Positions 40,455-51,144 are shown, counted from the stretch's first letter. The stretch: 64,000 bases of DNA from an uncultured Campylobacter sp. (GCF_938045775.1 NZ_CALIBH010000093.1:1409-65408); one strand, 5' to 3'. The notes: a model not told the origin generated them from the sequence alone. Numbers and translations: made by a program.

Positions 40455-40790
40455 TAGCGTCGCGCGGGTGGGGGTTGGTAAGGGGGCGGGCGCGCCTCGC
40501 AACTCTGAGCGCCGCCTCCTTACGAATATCACGTATAATGCATCCAGACACCAACCTATATCCATAAAATTTTATAGAAATTTACAAAATAACATTTCAT
40601 CTATAAATTCACAGCTTGCAAAATTTATGCCGTGATTTCTTTCTCTTGGGGCGGGAAGGGGGCTTGAATTGCGAGGTCACACTTCTCGCGGAGGCGGCGC
40701 TGCCCCGCAGCACCGCATTGCTCCGCTCGCCCACAAACCCCACCCATCCCCCGACGACGCTTTATAAGGGGCGGACTACGTCCGCGCTGT
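40455..40790. repeat. Two related GC-rich structured elements in inverted orientation (REP/MITE-like)
   Basis: 40455-40523 and the reverse complement of 40648-40762 share AGCGTCG..GGGTGGGG.TT and CCTCGCAA(C/T)TC. Confidence 0.55.
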
Positions 40791-40972
40791 ATTTTCTATC
40801 GCGGCTACGCCGCATGAAATTTTAGTGTAAAAGCCAAGCTATAAATCCCGCGGCGAAATTCTACGTTAAAAGCACCCGCGCTTAAAAAACCTCGGCGAAG
40901 GTATAGATGAAATGAGCGAATTCCGCATCGTTTGCGCTGGCGGCTGAAGCGAAAAACTCTTTGATCTAGAGC

Positions 40973-43180
40973 CTAAAGCGATACGACCTTTGAGCCGAAG
41001 CCTCCTTCTGCGGGCGTGCCATCGCGAAAGCCCTTGACGCTCGGATGCGATTTTAAAAACTCCTTTACCGCGAGCGCGAGCTTGCCCGTGCCGATGCCGT
41101 GCTTGACGATGATCTCATCAAAGCCCATCACGAGGCTTTGGCTGATGAATTTATCAAGCCTGCTGATCGCTTCCTCGGCGCGCAAGCCGTGCAGATCGAG
41201 CACGAGCGACGCGGAGGAGGGCTTTTGCACCTTGATGCTGATGTTTTTTACGGGCGCGGGCGCCGCACCGCTGCGCTTTAGCTCGCTAAGCGGCACGCGC
41301 AGCCTGATGCCGTCGCTTAGCATCAGCGCTTGGGTTTTGCTAAGCGATAAAATTTCGCCCTTGATCTTGCCGTATTTTACGCGATCGCCTACCTTGAAGC
41401 TTTGCGGCTCCGGCGCAATAAACTCCGGCTGCTGCACGGCCCGTGCAAGCTCGTTTGCGCGGTTTATGGCGCGCTGCTTTTCGCGCACGTCGCTTAGGCT
41501 CACGCTGCGTTTGGCCTCCGAAATGGCGCGGTAGTATTCGTTTTGCAGCCTTGAAAGCTCCGCCTTCAGCTCGCTTTGCGCGCGCTCGCGCTGATCTTTT
41601 AGCGCCTCGCTCAGCGCGTCAAGTTTAGCCTCTTTTTGCTGCGTTTGGGCTAGTTTTTGCTTTAGTTCAAGCTCTAAATTTATCGCTTTTGAGATCGCTT
41701 CGTTTAAGTTCTCTTTGTTTTCGCCGTAGTTTTTGCGCGCCGCGGCGATCAAATTTTGCGCTATGCCGTAGCGCAGCGCGGTTTCAAAGGCGTAGGATTT
41801 GCCGATAGTGCCCTTTAAAAACTCATACTTCGGCGCGCTGTTTTTCTCGTCGTAAAGTGCCGCCAGCAGCTCCACGCGCGGATCTTTCGCCAGCAACATC
41901 GCCAGGCGCTTGTGGTGCGTGGTGATGATTATTTTCACGTCGCCGCTTATCAGCTGCTCGATCATCGCGCCATATAGGCTCGCAGCCTCCTCAAAATCGG
42001 TACCCAGCTCGATCTCATCGACGCCGATTAGAATTTCTTTGCGCCCGAAAAGCTTGCTAAAGGCAACCATCCTGCCTGCAAAGGTCGAGATGTCGTTTTT
42101 GGAGTTTTGCGGATCCTCCATTATGAGCTCGAACTCCTTAAAGGTGCCGATGCGGCTGAGGCTTGCGCGAATAGGCATCGGAAGGAGGTACTTAGCTAGC
42201 AGCGCCGCGCTTAGAATGCTTTTTAAAAGCATCGATTTTCCGCCCGCATTCACGCCTGTGATGAGCAGAATTTTACCGCTAAATTCCACGCTCACGCGCT
42301 TTGGATTTTTAAGCGCGGGGTGGGCGAAGCTGTCTAGGACAATGTCGCGCGAGGGCTCAGGCAGGACGAACTCATAATCGCTCGCTCTTGCCATCGCCGC
42401 GCGCGCAATCAGCGCGTCAATCGCGTCGAAAGCGACGTTTATAAATTTCAGAAAAGCTAAATTCTTATTAAAAACCGCGCTGATCTGCTTGCAGTGCTCG
42501 AATACGATCTGCTCTTTTTTATCCAAAATCGCGCTTTGAGCGGACTTCAGAGCCGCGATCGCGTCTGGAAGCACGTAAAAATAGCCTCCGCTTGAGCGCG
42601 CTACGACGCTGCCTTTTAACACGTGATTAAAGCCGCCGCGCACCAGCAGAGCCTCGGTGTCGCTTATGTAGTGGATCTGCGTGTCGGCGAGATAGGGCGA
42701 AAGGGCTTTGGAATAGATCAGCCTTTTTAGCGTCTGCTCGATCTCGCCTTTTTTTATCTTAAACGCCTCGTTTAGCGCGCCGAAGCGCTCGTCTATCGCG
42801 TCGCGAAAGCCGCCCTGATCGTCGAAATAATCTTTTAGTTGCGCGATGGGCTGCGGGATCTCGATCTTTGCAAGCCAAGCGGCGAGTTTGCCCTCAAAAG
42901 GCTGCTTTTTGAGATACAAAAAATATCGGACGATCTTGCTAAACTCGTAAATTTCGCTGATATGAAGCACGCCATGCTTTGAGATGCGCATCAGCGCGTC
43001 GTCTAGGTTCGCGACGCTCTCGCACTGCGCCAGATCAAATTTCGTAAGCTCTGAAATTTTTTCAAAATTTAGCTTGCTATCGCCGCTTAAAAACAGCGGC
43101 TTTTCGCGCGCTAAAAAGCTTTTAAATTTGGCTAGATACTCGCCCAGATCGAGGCGCGTAAAAAGTTCATCACTGATCAT
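40973..43180 (-). CDS. mutS2: Endonuclease MutS2
   Basis: ITGVNAGGKS, ISTFAG, DEIELGTD, TTHH, Smr domain LDLHGLR...HGIGTG; start MISDEL at 43180. Confidence 0.95.
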   Translation of the reverse strand: MISDELFTRLDLGEYLAKFKSFLAREKPLFLSGDSKLNFEKISELTKFDLAQCESVANLDDALMRISKHGVLHISEIYEFSKIVRYFLYLKKQPFEGKLAAWLAKIEIPQPIAQLKDYFDDQGGFRDAIDERFGALNEAFKIKKGEIEQTLKRLIYSKALSPYLADTQIHYISDTEALLVRGGFNHVLKGSVVARSSGGYFYVLPDAIAALKSAQSAILDKKEQIVFEHCKQISAVFNKNLAFLKFINVAFDAIDALIARAAMARASDYEFVLPEPSRDIVLDSFAHPALKNPKRVSVEFSGKILLITGVNAGGKSMLLKSILSAALLAKYLLPMPIRASLSRIGTFKEFELIMEDPQNSKNDISTFAGRMVAFSKLFGRKEILIGVDEIELGTDFEEAASLYGAMIEQLISGDVKIIITTHHKRLAMLLAKDPRVELLAALYDEKNSAPKYEFLKGTIGKSYAFETALRYGIAQNLIAAARKNYGENKENLNEAISKAINLELELKQKLAQTQQKEAKLDALSEALKDQRERAQSELKAELSRLQNEYYRAISEAKRSVSLSDVREKQRAINRANELARAVQQPEFIAPEPQSFKVGDRVKYGKIKGEILSLSKTQALMLSDGIRLRVPLSELKRSGAAPAPVKNISIKVQKPSSASLVLDLHGLRAEEAISRLDKFISQSLVMGFDEIIVKHGIGTGKLALAVKEFLKSHPSVKGFRDGTPAEGGFGSKVVSL

Positions 43181-43940
43181 AAACGCACTCTTTGATCTTG
43201 TAGGTTTTGCCCCTAAACTCCGCGCCCGCACTTTTTTTGGCGATGAAAGCGCCCATCGAAAAGGAGTAGGTGAAGCTCTCTCGCGTTACGATCTGCGCGG
43301 AGCTTTGCTCTTTATCTGCGGCGAAATTTTGCGTAGCTTTAGAATTCTGCGCGGAGCTTTGCGGACTATAGGTTTGCGTGTCGCCTCGTTGCGCGGAATT
43401 TTGTAAGGCAGAGCTTTGCGTACCTCCTTGATTCGCGAAATTTTGCTGCATGCGGCTCTGCGTATCGTTCTTGCCCGCAGAATTTTGCGAAGTAGGGCTT
43501 TGTGCGGAATTTTGTCCGCCCAAGACGGCGCCGTTTATTTGCGCAGCGGAAGCCTGCTCGTTCGTTTGTGCGGTGGAGCTTTGCGCGGCGGAAGCGGTCT
43601 CGCCCTGTGCGTTTAAATTTACTTCGTCCTCTTGCGCGCCAAAATTTCTCGCATCCGCGCCGTGTTTTTCGGGAGAGGAACTTGCCGCGCCGCGCGTTTC
43701 AGAAGCGGAATTTATCGCGCCGCCGCATCTTAATCTGGCGCCTGCGTTAAATTTAAACACCATCTCCTCCTCAAGCTTGGCGGATCGCTCGCTCGCGCTT
43801 TCGTAAAGATACGCCCCCGCGCACAGCAGCACGATCAGCGCCGTGACGATGATTTTAGCCCTTTTGCTTAAAATTTCGTCCCGCACGAAAAAGATCGCCG
43901 CGATAAATAAAAATGCGAAAATAAATATTAAAAATCTCAA
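43170..43940 (-). CDS. Two-TM conserved hypothetical protein with a long Q/N/S/A-rich insert
   Basis: Lies between murC and mutS2; two N-terminal TMs, F..G..L.C...C pattern interrupted by repeats. Confidence 0.75.
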   Translation of the reverse strand: MRFLIFIFAFLFIAAIFFVRDEILSKRAKIIVTALIVLLCAGAYLYESASERSAKLEEEMVFKFNAGARLRCGGAINSASETRGAASSSPEKHGADARNFGAQEDEVNLNAQGETASAAQSSTAQTNEQASAAQINGAVLGGQNSAQSPTSQNSAGKNDTQSRMQQNFANQGGTQSSALQNSAQRGDTQTYSPQSSAQNSKATQNFAADKEQSSAQIVTRESFTYSFSMGAFIAKKSAGAEFRGKTYKIKECVYDQ

Positions 43941-44001
43941 ATTTTATCCTTGCCCGCCCGCAGCGGAGTTCGGCTCGTAAATTCGGCGAGAGTTTTCAAG
44001 C

Positions 44002-45309
44002 CTAAAATTCTCCGCGCAGCTGATAGGTGATGTCGCCTGCGCCAAATCCGATCACGAGCCCGTCGTTTATGATGTGGCGGACGCCGAAAATATCGCTAAA
44101 TTCTATCTTCTCGCCGTTTCTAAAGACCCGCTCGGTAAATAGCGCTCCGAGTCCCTTAAATTCCTCTTTCAGATCGATACCGTTGCTAGGCTCGCCCGCA
44201 GCGTAAACGGGCAGTACGACTAACTCCTCCACGCCCGCAAAGCACTCTTTAAAGGCGTTTAAATTCGCCTTAAGCCTGCTGAAGCGGTGCGGCTGAAAGA
44301 TCGCCGTGATCTTGCTAAGCCCTAGCAAGCTAGCGTATTCGCGCGCGCTTTGCAGCGTCGCTCTGATCTCGGTGGGATGGTGGCCGTAGTCGTCGATCAG
44401 CACGAAGTTCGGGGTGGCGCACAGGATGTCGAAGCGCTTTTTTATGCCTTTGTAATTTAGTAAATTTTTGCGGATCTGCTCTAGTCCCGTCTCGCACGCC
44501 GCGGCTAGGATCGCCAGCGACGCATCAATCGCTATGTGCCTTCCTAGCCCGTAAACCTCGAAACGTCCGAGCTCTTTAAGATTAAAGCTCATAAACGGTT
44601 GATGATCGCGCAGCAGCACCTTCAGATCCGTTATGTCGCGCGAAGGAAAGAGCTTGATACAGCCGAGTTTGATGGAGCTTAAAAACTCATCCTCGGCGTT
44701 TATCACGCGGATCTTGGCGCGTTCCAAAAAGCCGCGATACGCCGCGTGAAATTTATCCAAATCGTTGTCGTAATGATCCATATGCTCGGGCTCGGCGTTG
44801 GTCACGACCGCGACGTAGGGGTTGGAATTTAAAAAGCTCGAATCGCTCTCATCGGCTTCAAAGATGATGTTTTCGCTATTTTCATATTTCATATTCGAGC
44901 CGAACTGCTTGGAGATCGCGCCGATGATGACCGAGCCGTTTATCAGCGCCGAGGTTATCGCGCTCGTGGTGCTTTTGCCGTGCGCGCCGGCGACTGCGAA
45001 GACGCGCTTGTCTTTTAGCACGAAGGGCAGGGCTTCCTTGCGCGAGAGGCAGACGATCCCCTTTTTGCGCGCGGCTTGCAGCTCGACGTTGTCCTCTTTG
45101 ATCGCGGCGGAGTAGATGACGATCTCCTGATCCTTGATCGCTGAAGCGTCGTGCGGAGTGATGATCTCCATGCCGTCCGCTCTTAGCTTGTAGGTCGTCT
45201 CGCTCTCTTTGATATCCGAGCCTGAGATGATAAAATTTTTCTCGTGTAAAAATCTCGCTAATGCCGATATCCCTATGCCGCCGATGCCGATAAAATGAAC
45301 CTTTTTCAC
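44002..45309 (-). CDS. murC: UDP-N-acetylmuramate--L-alanine ligase
   Basis: HFIGIGGIGIS, AGAHGKSTT, EADESD, DDYGHHPTE, FQPHR. Confidence 0.97.
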   Translation of the reverse strand: MKKVHFIGIGGIGISALARFLHEKNFIISGSDIKESETTYKLRADGMEIITPHDASAIKDQEIVIYSAAIKEDNVELQAARKKGIVCLSRKEALPFVLKDKRVFAVAGAHGKSTTSAITSALINGSVIIGAISKQFGSNMKYENSENIIFEADESDSSFLNSNPYVAVVTNAEPEHMDHYDNDLDKFHAAYRGFLERAKIRVINAEDEFLSSIKLGCIKLFPSRDITDLKVLLRDHQPFMSFNLKELGRFEVYGLGRHIAIDASLAILAAACETGLEQIRKNLLNYKGIKKRFDILCATPNFVLIDDYGHHPTEIRATLQSAREYASLLGLSKITAIFQPHRFSRLKANLNAFKECFAGVEELVVLPVYAAGEPSNGIDLKEEFKGLGALFTERVFRNGEKIEFSDIFGVRHIINDGLVIGFGAGDITYQLRGEF

Positions 45310-45766
45310 CTTTGTCCTTAAATAATATAATAGATAATTACGTTTAAATTTTTAAATCCCGCTCCGGCGAAATTTAAAAATTTAAACCGTTTTGCGCGCC
45401 TTGAAAAGCGCCTTTAAATTTTACGAGCTCGCCGCGTCGCGCAACCCCGTCTCGCTACTTTCGAAAGTGCTTTTAAAATTTAAGCGCTCGAAATTCCGCC
45501 TTGAAACGAGAGCGCTTAAAATTTTACGGCTCAAATCCGCCGTTAAAGCCTCGCGGCTAGCAGGGTGCCGCCATGCCTGCCGCATCGTATCGCATACCGA
45601 AGCCGCGTAAATTTCGGTAAATTTCATCGCGTTCATCGCGCGTCCACTTTTAAATTTAGCGCCTCAAATTTCGCCGCTTGGCCCCGCGGCAAAGCCTATT
45701 CGCCGCTTTGCGCTTTAAATTTAGCTTATAAATTTACCCGCATAAATTTAAAATTTCGTCGAAATT

Positions 45767-46336
45767 TTAAATATCGGTGCGCCCGTTGATCGCCTTTATT
45801 AGCGAGAGCATATCGACGTTGTCTAAGCTCACGCCCGTAGGCACGCCCTGAGCGAGCTTGGTAAATTTCAAACCCAGATCCGCGAGCTTGTCCTCGACGT
45901 AAAGCATGATCCCGTCGGAGTTGATGCCGGGCGTCAGCGCGAAAATCAGCTCGCTCGCGCCGTTTCGGCTCACCATCTCGCGTAGCGCCGCGATTTTATC
46001 TTCGTCGGCGGCGTCTAGCACGAAGTAGCGACCGTTGTAAATTTTATTGCTCTCTAAAATAAAGATATCTTTTGGGTTTTCGACGATGCAAATTTTATCG
46101 CTTTCGCGCTCGTCGTCGGCGCAGTATTCGCAGATCTCGCCCTCGCATACCGCACCGCAGATGCGGCATCTGTGCAGTCCGCGCACCGCCTCTTCGATAT
46201 TGTGCGCTAAATTTAGCCCCAAAAAGGAGTTTTGCACGCTTACGTAGTAGGCAAAGCGCAGGGCGGATTTTTTGCCCACGCCGGGAAGCTTTTCAAAGCT
46301 CGCGACGAGCTCTTCGAACCTGTCTGTGCCGCTCAT
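45767..46336 (-). CDS. recR: Recombination mediator RecR
   Basis: LPGVGKKSALR, C4 zinc finger, ICIVE, LAQGVP.G; ATG at 46336 overlaps the kinase stop. Confidence 0.95.
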   Translation of the reverse strand: MSGTDRFEELVASFEKLPGVGKKSALRFAYYVSVQNSFLGLNLAHNIEEAVRGLHRCRICGAVCEGEICEYCADDERESDKICIVENPKDIFILESNKIYNGRYFVLDAADEDKIAALREMVSRNGASELIFALTPGINSDGIMLYVEDKLADLGLKFTKLAQGVPTGVSLDNVDMLSLIKAINGRTDI

Positions 46337-47574
46337 ATGGCGCCCTTCGGCGAAAAGACGATCGAGAAGTAGTGCGTACCGTCGCTGTAATTGTACTCGA
46401 AGCGGAATTTGTGCAGCTCGCAAATTTTATCGATGATGTAAAGCCCAAGCCCCATGCCGGTGGCTTTCTCGTCTTTATTTCTGATAAAGGCTTGCTTGTA
46501 GTGCTCGAATGATTTTGCAAGAGCTGCGCCGCGGTTGGCGACGCTTACTTTGTTTTCATCGCAGATGATGCGGACTTTTTTATCACTGGAGTATTTTAGG
46601 GCATTGTCGATCAAATTTTTAATCGCCAGCGCAAATAGCCCGAAATCCACGTTTATCACCGCATCGCACTCGATATCTGCGCTAATGAGCTCGTCCCAAT
46701 TATCAAGCATTGACATATCTTTTACCTGCTCTAAAATGAGGCTAAAATGATAATCCTGATAATTTAGCGAGTAGCTTTTTGAGAGCAGTTGCTCGATTTT
46801 GGCAAACTCGTTGATTAAAATTTCAAGCCGCTCAAAGACATTGACGAGCCGCTCTTTTTGCGTCTCGTCCTCGAGCATCTCCGTAATGAGCCTGCCCTTG
46901 CCGATCGGGGTTTTGAGCTCATGCATTATGGTGCGCAAAAACAGTTGGCGCGATCGGATCAGCTCTTGAATTTTGGCGATCGCGTTGTTAAATTCCTGCG
47001 CGACCTGCCCGATCTCGTCCTCGCTGTGAGCGGCGGCTAAATTTACGTCCAAGTTGCCCTGGGCGAATTTTTTGATATTTTTGCTTAGTTTTTTTAGCGG
47101 CGTAAAACTTCGCACTATCGATAGATAAAGTGAGATCAAAACCGCCATCGTAAGCAGAAATCCGACCCAGAGCGGATCGTTTAAATTCTTCGTGCCAAGG
47201 CTTTCGAAAACCACGACGAAAGAGTTGTTTTTGATATTTAAAAACAATGAATTATTATACTCGACCGAGCTAAACTCGCCGATAGAAGTATCTTGAACGA
47301 AAAAAATTTTACCACTCGTGATGATGTTTTGGATGATATTTTTGTCTTTTACAAGCTCCAAGCCATAGCTGGAGAAGTAGCGCTCAATATCGCTGGGAGG
47401 CGCATTACGCTTGTATAGCTCAAGTAGATTATTGACCGCATTTATTTGATTAGCCTGCATGCTGCCTAGGGCTCTATTCATCTGCATTCGCGCGAACGTG
47501 ATGAAAAGCACGCAGACTAAGATGATCGCGATTACAAAAAAAACCGAAATTTTGGTGATTAAGGAGTGCTTCAT
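46333..47574 (-). CDS. racS: Sensor histidine kinase (RacS/ArsS-like)
   Basis: Two TMs, HAMP, MHELKTP, NLIDNALKY, GMGLGL; racR-racS-recR divergent from dnaJ as in C. jejuni. Confidence 0.85.
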   Translation of the reverse strand: MKHSLITKISVFFVIAIILVCVLFITFARMQMNRALGSMQANQINAVNNLLELYKRNAPPSDIERYFSSYGLELVKDKNIIQNIITSGKIFFVQDTSIGEFSSVEYNNSLFLNIKNNSFVVVFESLGTKNLNDPLWVGFLLTMAVLISLYLSIVRSFTPLKKLSKNIKKFAQGNLDVNLAAAHSEDEIGQVAQEFNNAIAKIQELIRSRQLFLRTIMHELKTPIGKGRLITEMLEDETQKERLVNVFERLEILINEFAKIEQLLSKSYSLNYQDYHFSLILEQVKDMSMLDNWDELISADIECDAVINVDFGLFALAIKNLIDNALKYSSDKKVRIICDENKVSVANRGAALAKSFEHYKQAFIRNKDEKATGMGLGLYIIDKICELHKFRFEYNYSDGTHYFSIVFSPKGAI

Positions 47575-48242
47575 CCGATGAGCTTGTAGCCGATACCGCG
47601 AACCGAAAAGATATGCTTAGGCGCTTTGGAACTGTCGCCGATCTTGGTGCGTAGGCGCCCGATGATGACGTCTAGGCTCTTTGAGTCCTTATCTTTTAGG
47701 CTCTTGCAATGGTATACGAGCTGCTCGCGAGATACCGAAAAGCTATGCTGCTTGATTAGGTATTCTAAAATTTCATACTCCGCAGGCGTTAGCACGAGCG
47801 ACTCTTCGCCGAAGTAAATTTCATGGCGCTTGTCGTCGATACGAAATACGCTATCCGTGGCGGTTTCTTCCTTCTCGCTAGCTTTTTTATAGCGGCGGAT
47901 GAGGCTCATAATGCGCGCGTGCATCTCTTTTGGATCATAAGGCTTAGGTAGATAATCGTCCGCACCGATCTGAAGACCCACTACGCGATCGCTCACGTCG
48001 CTTCTAGCAGAGCTGATGATTATCGGGATGTCGTATTTCTCGCGGATCTCTTTGCAGACCTCAAGTCCGTCCATCCCCGGAAGCGTAAGATCCAAAATCA
48101 GCAGATCGTAATTTTTGATCCCAGCGCTAATGCCCAGATACGGGTCTTCGAAGTTTGTAACTTGGATGTTAAATTTAGCCAGATATTCGGTTAGAAGCTG
48201 TGCGAACTCGCTGTCGTCTTCTATCATCAATACATTTATCAT
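47571..48242 (-). CDS. racR: OmpR-family response regulator
   Basis: IEDD, DLTLPG, GADDYLPKP, SVRGIGYKL; synteny. Confidence 0.88.
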   Translation of the reverse strand: MINVLMIEDDSEFAQLLTEYLAKFNIQVTNFEDPYLGISAGIKNYDLLILDLTLPGMDGLEVCKEIREKYDIPIIISSARSDVSDRVVGLQIGADDYLPKPYDPKEMHARIMSLIRRYKKASEKEETATDSVFRIDDKRHEIYFGEESLVLTPAEYEILEYLIKQHSFSVSREQLVYHCKSLKDKDSKSLDVIIGRLRTKIGDSSKAPKHIFSVRGIGYKLIG

Positions 48243-48370
48243 TTTTTATCCTTTGCATCGTTGATTTGAAATTTAAATATTGCATTATACATAAAAATAG
48301 TTAAGTCTTAACTTGCGTTTTATTAAATTTAGATAAAATTGCCCCTTTTGTATAGTTTAAGGAGAATTTC

Positions 48371-49462
48371 GTGGAAGAAGATTATTATGAAATTTTAGGC
48401 GTGGCGCGCGATGCCGACGCCGAGACGATAAAAAAGGCGTTTCGAAAGCTCGCTTTGCAATTCCATCCCGACCGTAACCAAGGCGACAAGGAGTCGGAGG
48501 AGAAATTTAAAAAGATCAACGAAGCGTATCAAATTTTAAGTGACGATCAAAAGCGCAGAATGTATGATCGCTACGGCAAAGAGGGCATCAGCGGCGCATA
48601 CGGCGGCGCGAGCGGCGGAGGATTTGATTTTAGCTCGATTTTCGGCGATTTTTTTGAGCAGGCATTCGGTGGAGGCGGTCGTTCGCGCCCTAGCGATCCA
48701 TACGGCATAGATACCGAACTGGCCGTAACGCTGGAATTTAAAGAGGCTTTAGAGGGCGTTCACAAGGAGATAAAATACAAAATCAAAAAGCCGTGCTCTG
48801 CCTGCGACGCCACCGGCTCGAAGGATAAAAAAAGACATACTTGCTCCGCTTGCGGCGGCACGGGGCGCGTCGCGGTCAGGCGCGGATATATGAGCTTCAT
48901 TCAAAGCTGCTCCGAATGCGGCGGCACGGGCGAGATCGTAAAAGATAGGTGCAAGGATTGCGGCGGCAAGGGCTTTACCGAAGAGGACGTGAGTCTTAAA
49001 TTTGATATTCCTGCAGGCATCGACGACGGACAGCGCGTGCGCCTAAGCGGCAAAGGCAACGTCTCTAAAACCGGCGAGATCGGGGATCTGTACGTGATCG
49101 TGCGCGTGAAGGAGGATAGCCACTTCCTGCGCGACGGAGACGACCTGTATATCGAGGTGCCGGTGTTTTTCACGCAGGCGATCTTGGGCGAGAGCATCGA
49201 GGTGCCGACGCCGCGCGGCAAGGCGGAGCTGAAACTCAAAGTAGGCACCAAGGACAAGCAGCGCTTCACGATCTACGGCGAGGGCGCGCCGAATATCCGC
49301 ACCAAGAAAAACGGCGATCTGATCGTGCAGGTAAACGTCCAGACGCCTAAAAAATTGAACGAGAAGCAAGAGGCACTTTTGCGCGAGCTTCAAGAAAGCT
49401 TCGGTAGCAAGGGCGGAGACGACGAGGGGATACTCGATAAAATCAAGAATTTTTTCAAGTAA
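48371..49462 (+). CDS. dnaJ: Chaperone DnaJ
   Basis: J-domain HPD, G/F-rich region, four CxxCxxxG motifs. Confidence 0.98.
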   Translation: MEEDYYEILGVARDADAETIKKAFRKLALQFHPDRNQGDKESEEKFKKINEAYQILSDDQKRRMYDRYGKEGISGAYGGASGGGFDFSSIFGDFFEQAFGGGGRSRPSDPYGIDTELAVTLEFKEALEGVHKEIKYKIKKPCSACDATGSKDKKRHTCSACGGTGRVAVRRGYMSFIQSCSECGGTGEIVKDRCKDCGGKGFTEEDVSLKFDIPAGIDDGQRVRLSGKGNVSKTGEIGDLYVIVRVKEDSHFLRDGDDLYIEVPVFFTQAILGESIEVPTPRGKAELKLKVGTKDKQRFTIYGEGAPNIRTKKNGDLIVQVNVQTPKKLNEKQEALLRELQESFGSKGGDDEGILDKIKNFFK

Positions 49463-49687
49463 GCTGCCTTTGATTTGCCTTGATCTGTTTTGAACGGCGG
49501 TCTTGCGGTTTTATTCACCAAAGTACGGGATTTTCGCTTGGAATCTCGCTAAGAGTTTGGATGTAATTTCGGTGTAAATTTCGTGTCATTATTTGGATAA
49601 AATTTAATTAGCATTTAATATTATTTAAATTTAAAGATTCTTAATATTAGTAAAGCAAATTAAAATTTTTTATAATTAAGAGGTAGG

Positions 49688-50932
49688 ATGATGTTAAAAC
49701 AAATTTTAAATGTAGCGTTAGCATATGTTGGGGTTATTGTCGGTGCTGGATTATCGTCCGGTCAGGATCTGATGCAATATTTCGTCAGTTTTGGCAAATG
49801 GGGTATTCTTGGAGCCGTTATTCTTGGTATCCTCAATGCCGTCTTTGGTAAAATCATTATTACATTCGGTAGTTATTTTAGATCCAATGATCACTTTGAA
49901 GTTCTTTCACAAATTGCTGGATCTATCACTAATAAAATTCTTGATATTTCTTTAATTATTTGCTGTTTTGTGGTAGGTTTTGTCATGATTGCCGGGGCTG
50001 GATCAAATCTTAATCAGCAATTTGGCATGCCATTCTGGTCAGGAGCACTCCTATGTGCCGTATTGATAATCCTTGTTAGCTTTCTTGATTTTGAAAAAAT
50101 CACGAATGTGATCGGAATATTTACGCCTATTATTTTTATCATGATTATGATTATGGCAGTATATACCTTTGCAAGTCAACGTTTTGATTTTAAAGAATTA
50201 GAAACAATTGCAAATACAATCTCTACTCCAATGCCAAATATCTGGTTTTCTGTTCTGAATTATTTTTCGCTCTGCGTTATGACAGGTGTATCAATGGCTT
50301 TTGTATTAGGGGGATCCATTATAAGGATTGGTGTAGCAGAAAAAGGTGGTACTTTGGGTGGATTTATAATCGGTATTATCATCACAGTTACAACCTGTAT
50401 CTTATATGCAAATGTAAAACTTGCAACGACTGTTGATATTCCTATGTTGGCTATTGCCAAACAGATTCACCCTGCATTTGCGTTTGTGTATGCACTTGTT
50501 ATCTTCGGCTTGATCTTTAATACTGCTTTCAGTTTATTCTATGCCTTAGCAAAACGTTTCTCATCTAATCAATCAAAACGTTTTTATCCAATTATGATTG
50601 GCACCGTAGTTGTAGGGTATATATTATCCTTTATGGGCTTTAAAAAATTAGTATCGATTATGTATCCAATTCTAGGTTATATTGGTTTTATAATGTTGAT
50701 GGTATTACTAATTGGGTGGATCAAAGAGAGGTCAAATGTTAGAGATGAGAAGTTTTTGCGTCGCAAGATGATTCGGTTGATCACAAAAAAATATGATGAT
50801 GAACAGGAATATACGAAGGCAGATAAAGAAAAATTTCAGAAGCTGGGTGAGGATTCAATAGTTGATACTAAAAGTATTAAAAGCGATATCAAAGATCTTG
50901 TCAAAGAGCAGTTCACTGATGATAACAAATAA
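49688..50932 (+). CDS. YkvI-family membrane transporter-like protein
   Basis: AYVGVIVGAGLSSGQDLMQYF N-terminal motif, about 10 TMs, LVSIMYPILGY. Confidence 0.8.
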   Translation: MMLKQILNVALAYVGVIVGAGLSSGQDLMQYFVSFGKWGILGAVILGILNAVFGKIIITFGSYFRSNDHFEVLSQIAGSITNKILDISLIICCFVVGFVMIAGAGSNLNQQFGMPFWSGALLCAVLIILVSFLDFEKITNVIGIFTPIIFIMIMIMAVYTFASQRFDFKELETIANTISTPMPNIWFSVLNYFSLCVMTGVSMAFVLGGSIIRIGVAEKGGTLGGFIIGIIITVTTCILYANVKLATTVDIPMLAIAKQIHPAFAFVYALVIFGLIFNTAFSLFYALAKRFSSNQSKRFYPIMIGTVVVGYILSFMGFKKLVSIMYPILGYIGFIMLMVLLIGWIKERSNVRDEKFLRRKMIRLITKKYDDEQEYTKADKEKFQKLGEDSIVDTKSIKSDIKDLVKEQFTDDNK

Positions 50933-51144
50933 ATAAAGTTCAAAAAAATAAAGAAAGAATGATTATTTGAATTGGTTGAATTTTAAAGCGGTAAAGGATT
51001 TCGCTTGAAATAAAAAGAGCTCGGGAAACCTTGATTAGCCTAATTCAATATAATGATTTTAAAAAGATTAAATCAAACATATTTTCTGTTCTTTATCGTA
51101 AAAATTTCAAAATAAAAGCAACTATGAATTTAAAAAGGACGAAG

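Noticed and set aside
40353..40825. Two ORFs of about 70 aa
   Set aside because: They run through the GC-rich structured elements and lack an RBS; probably spurious
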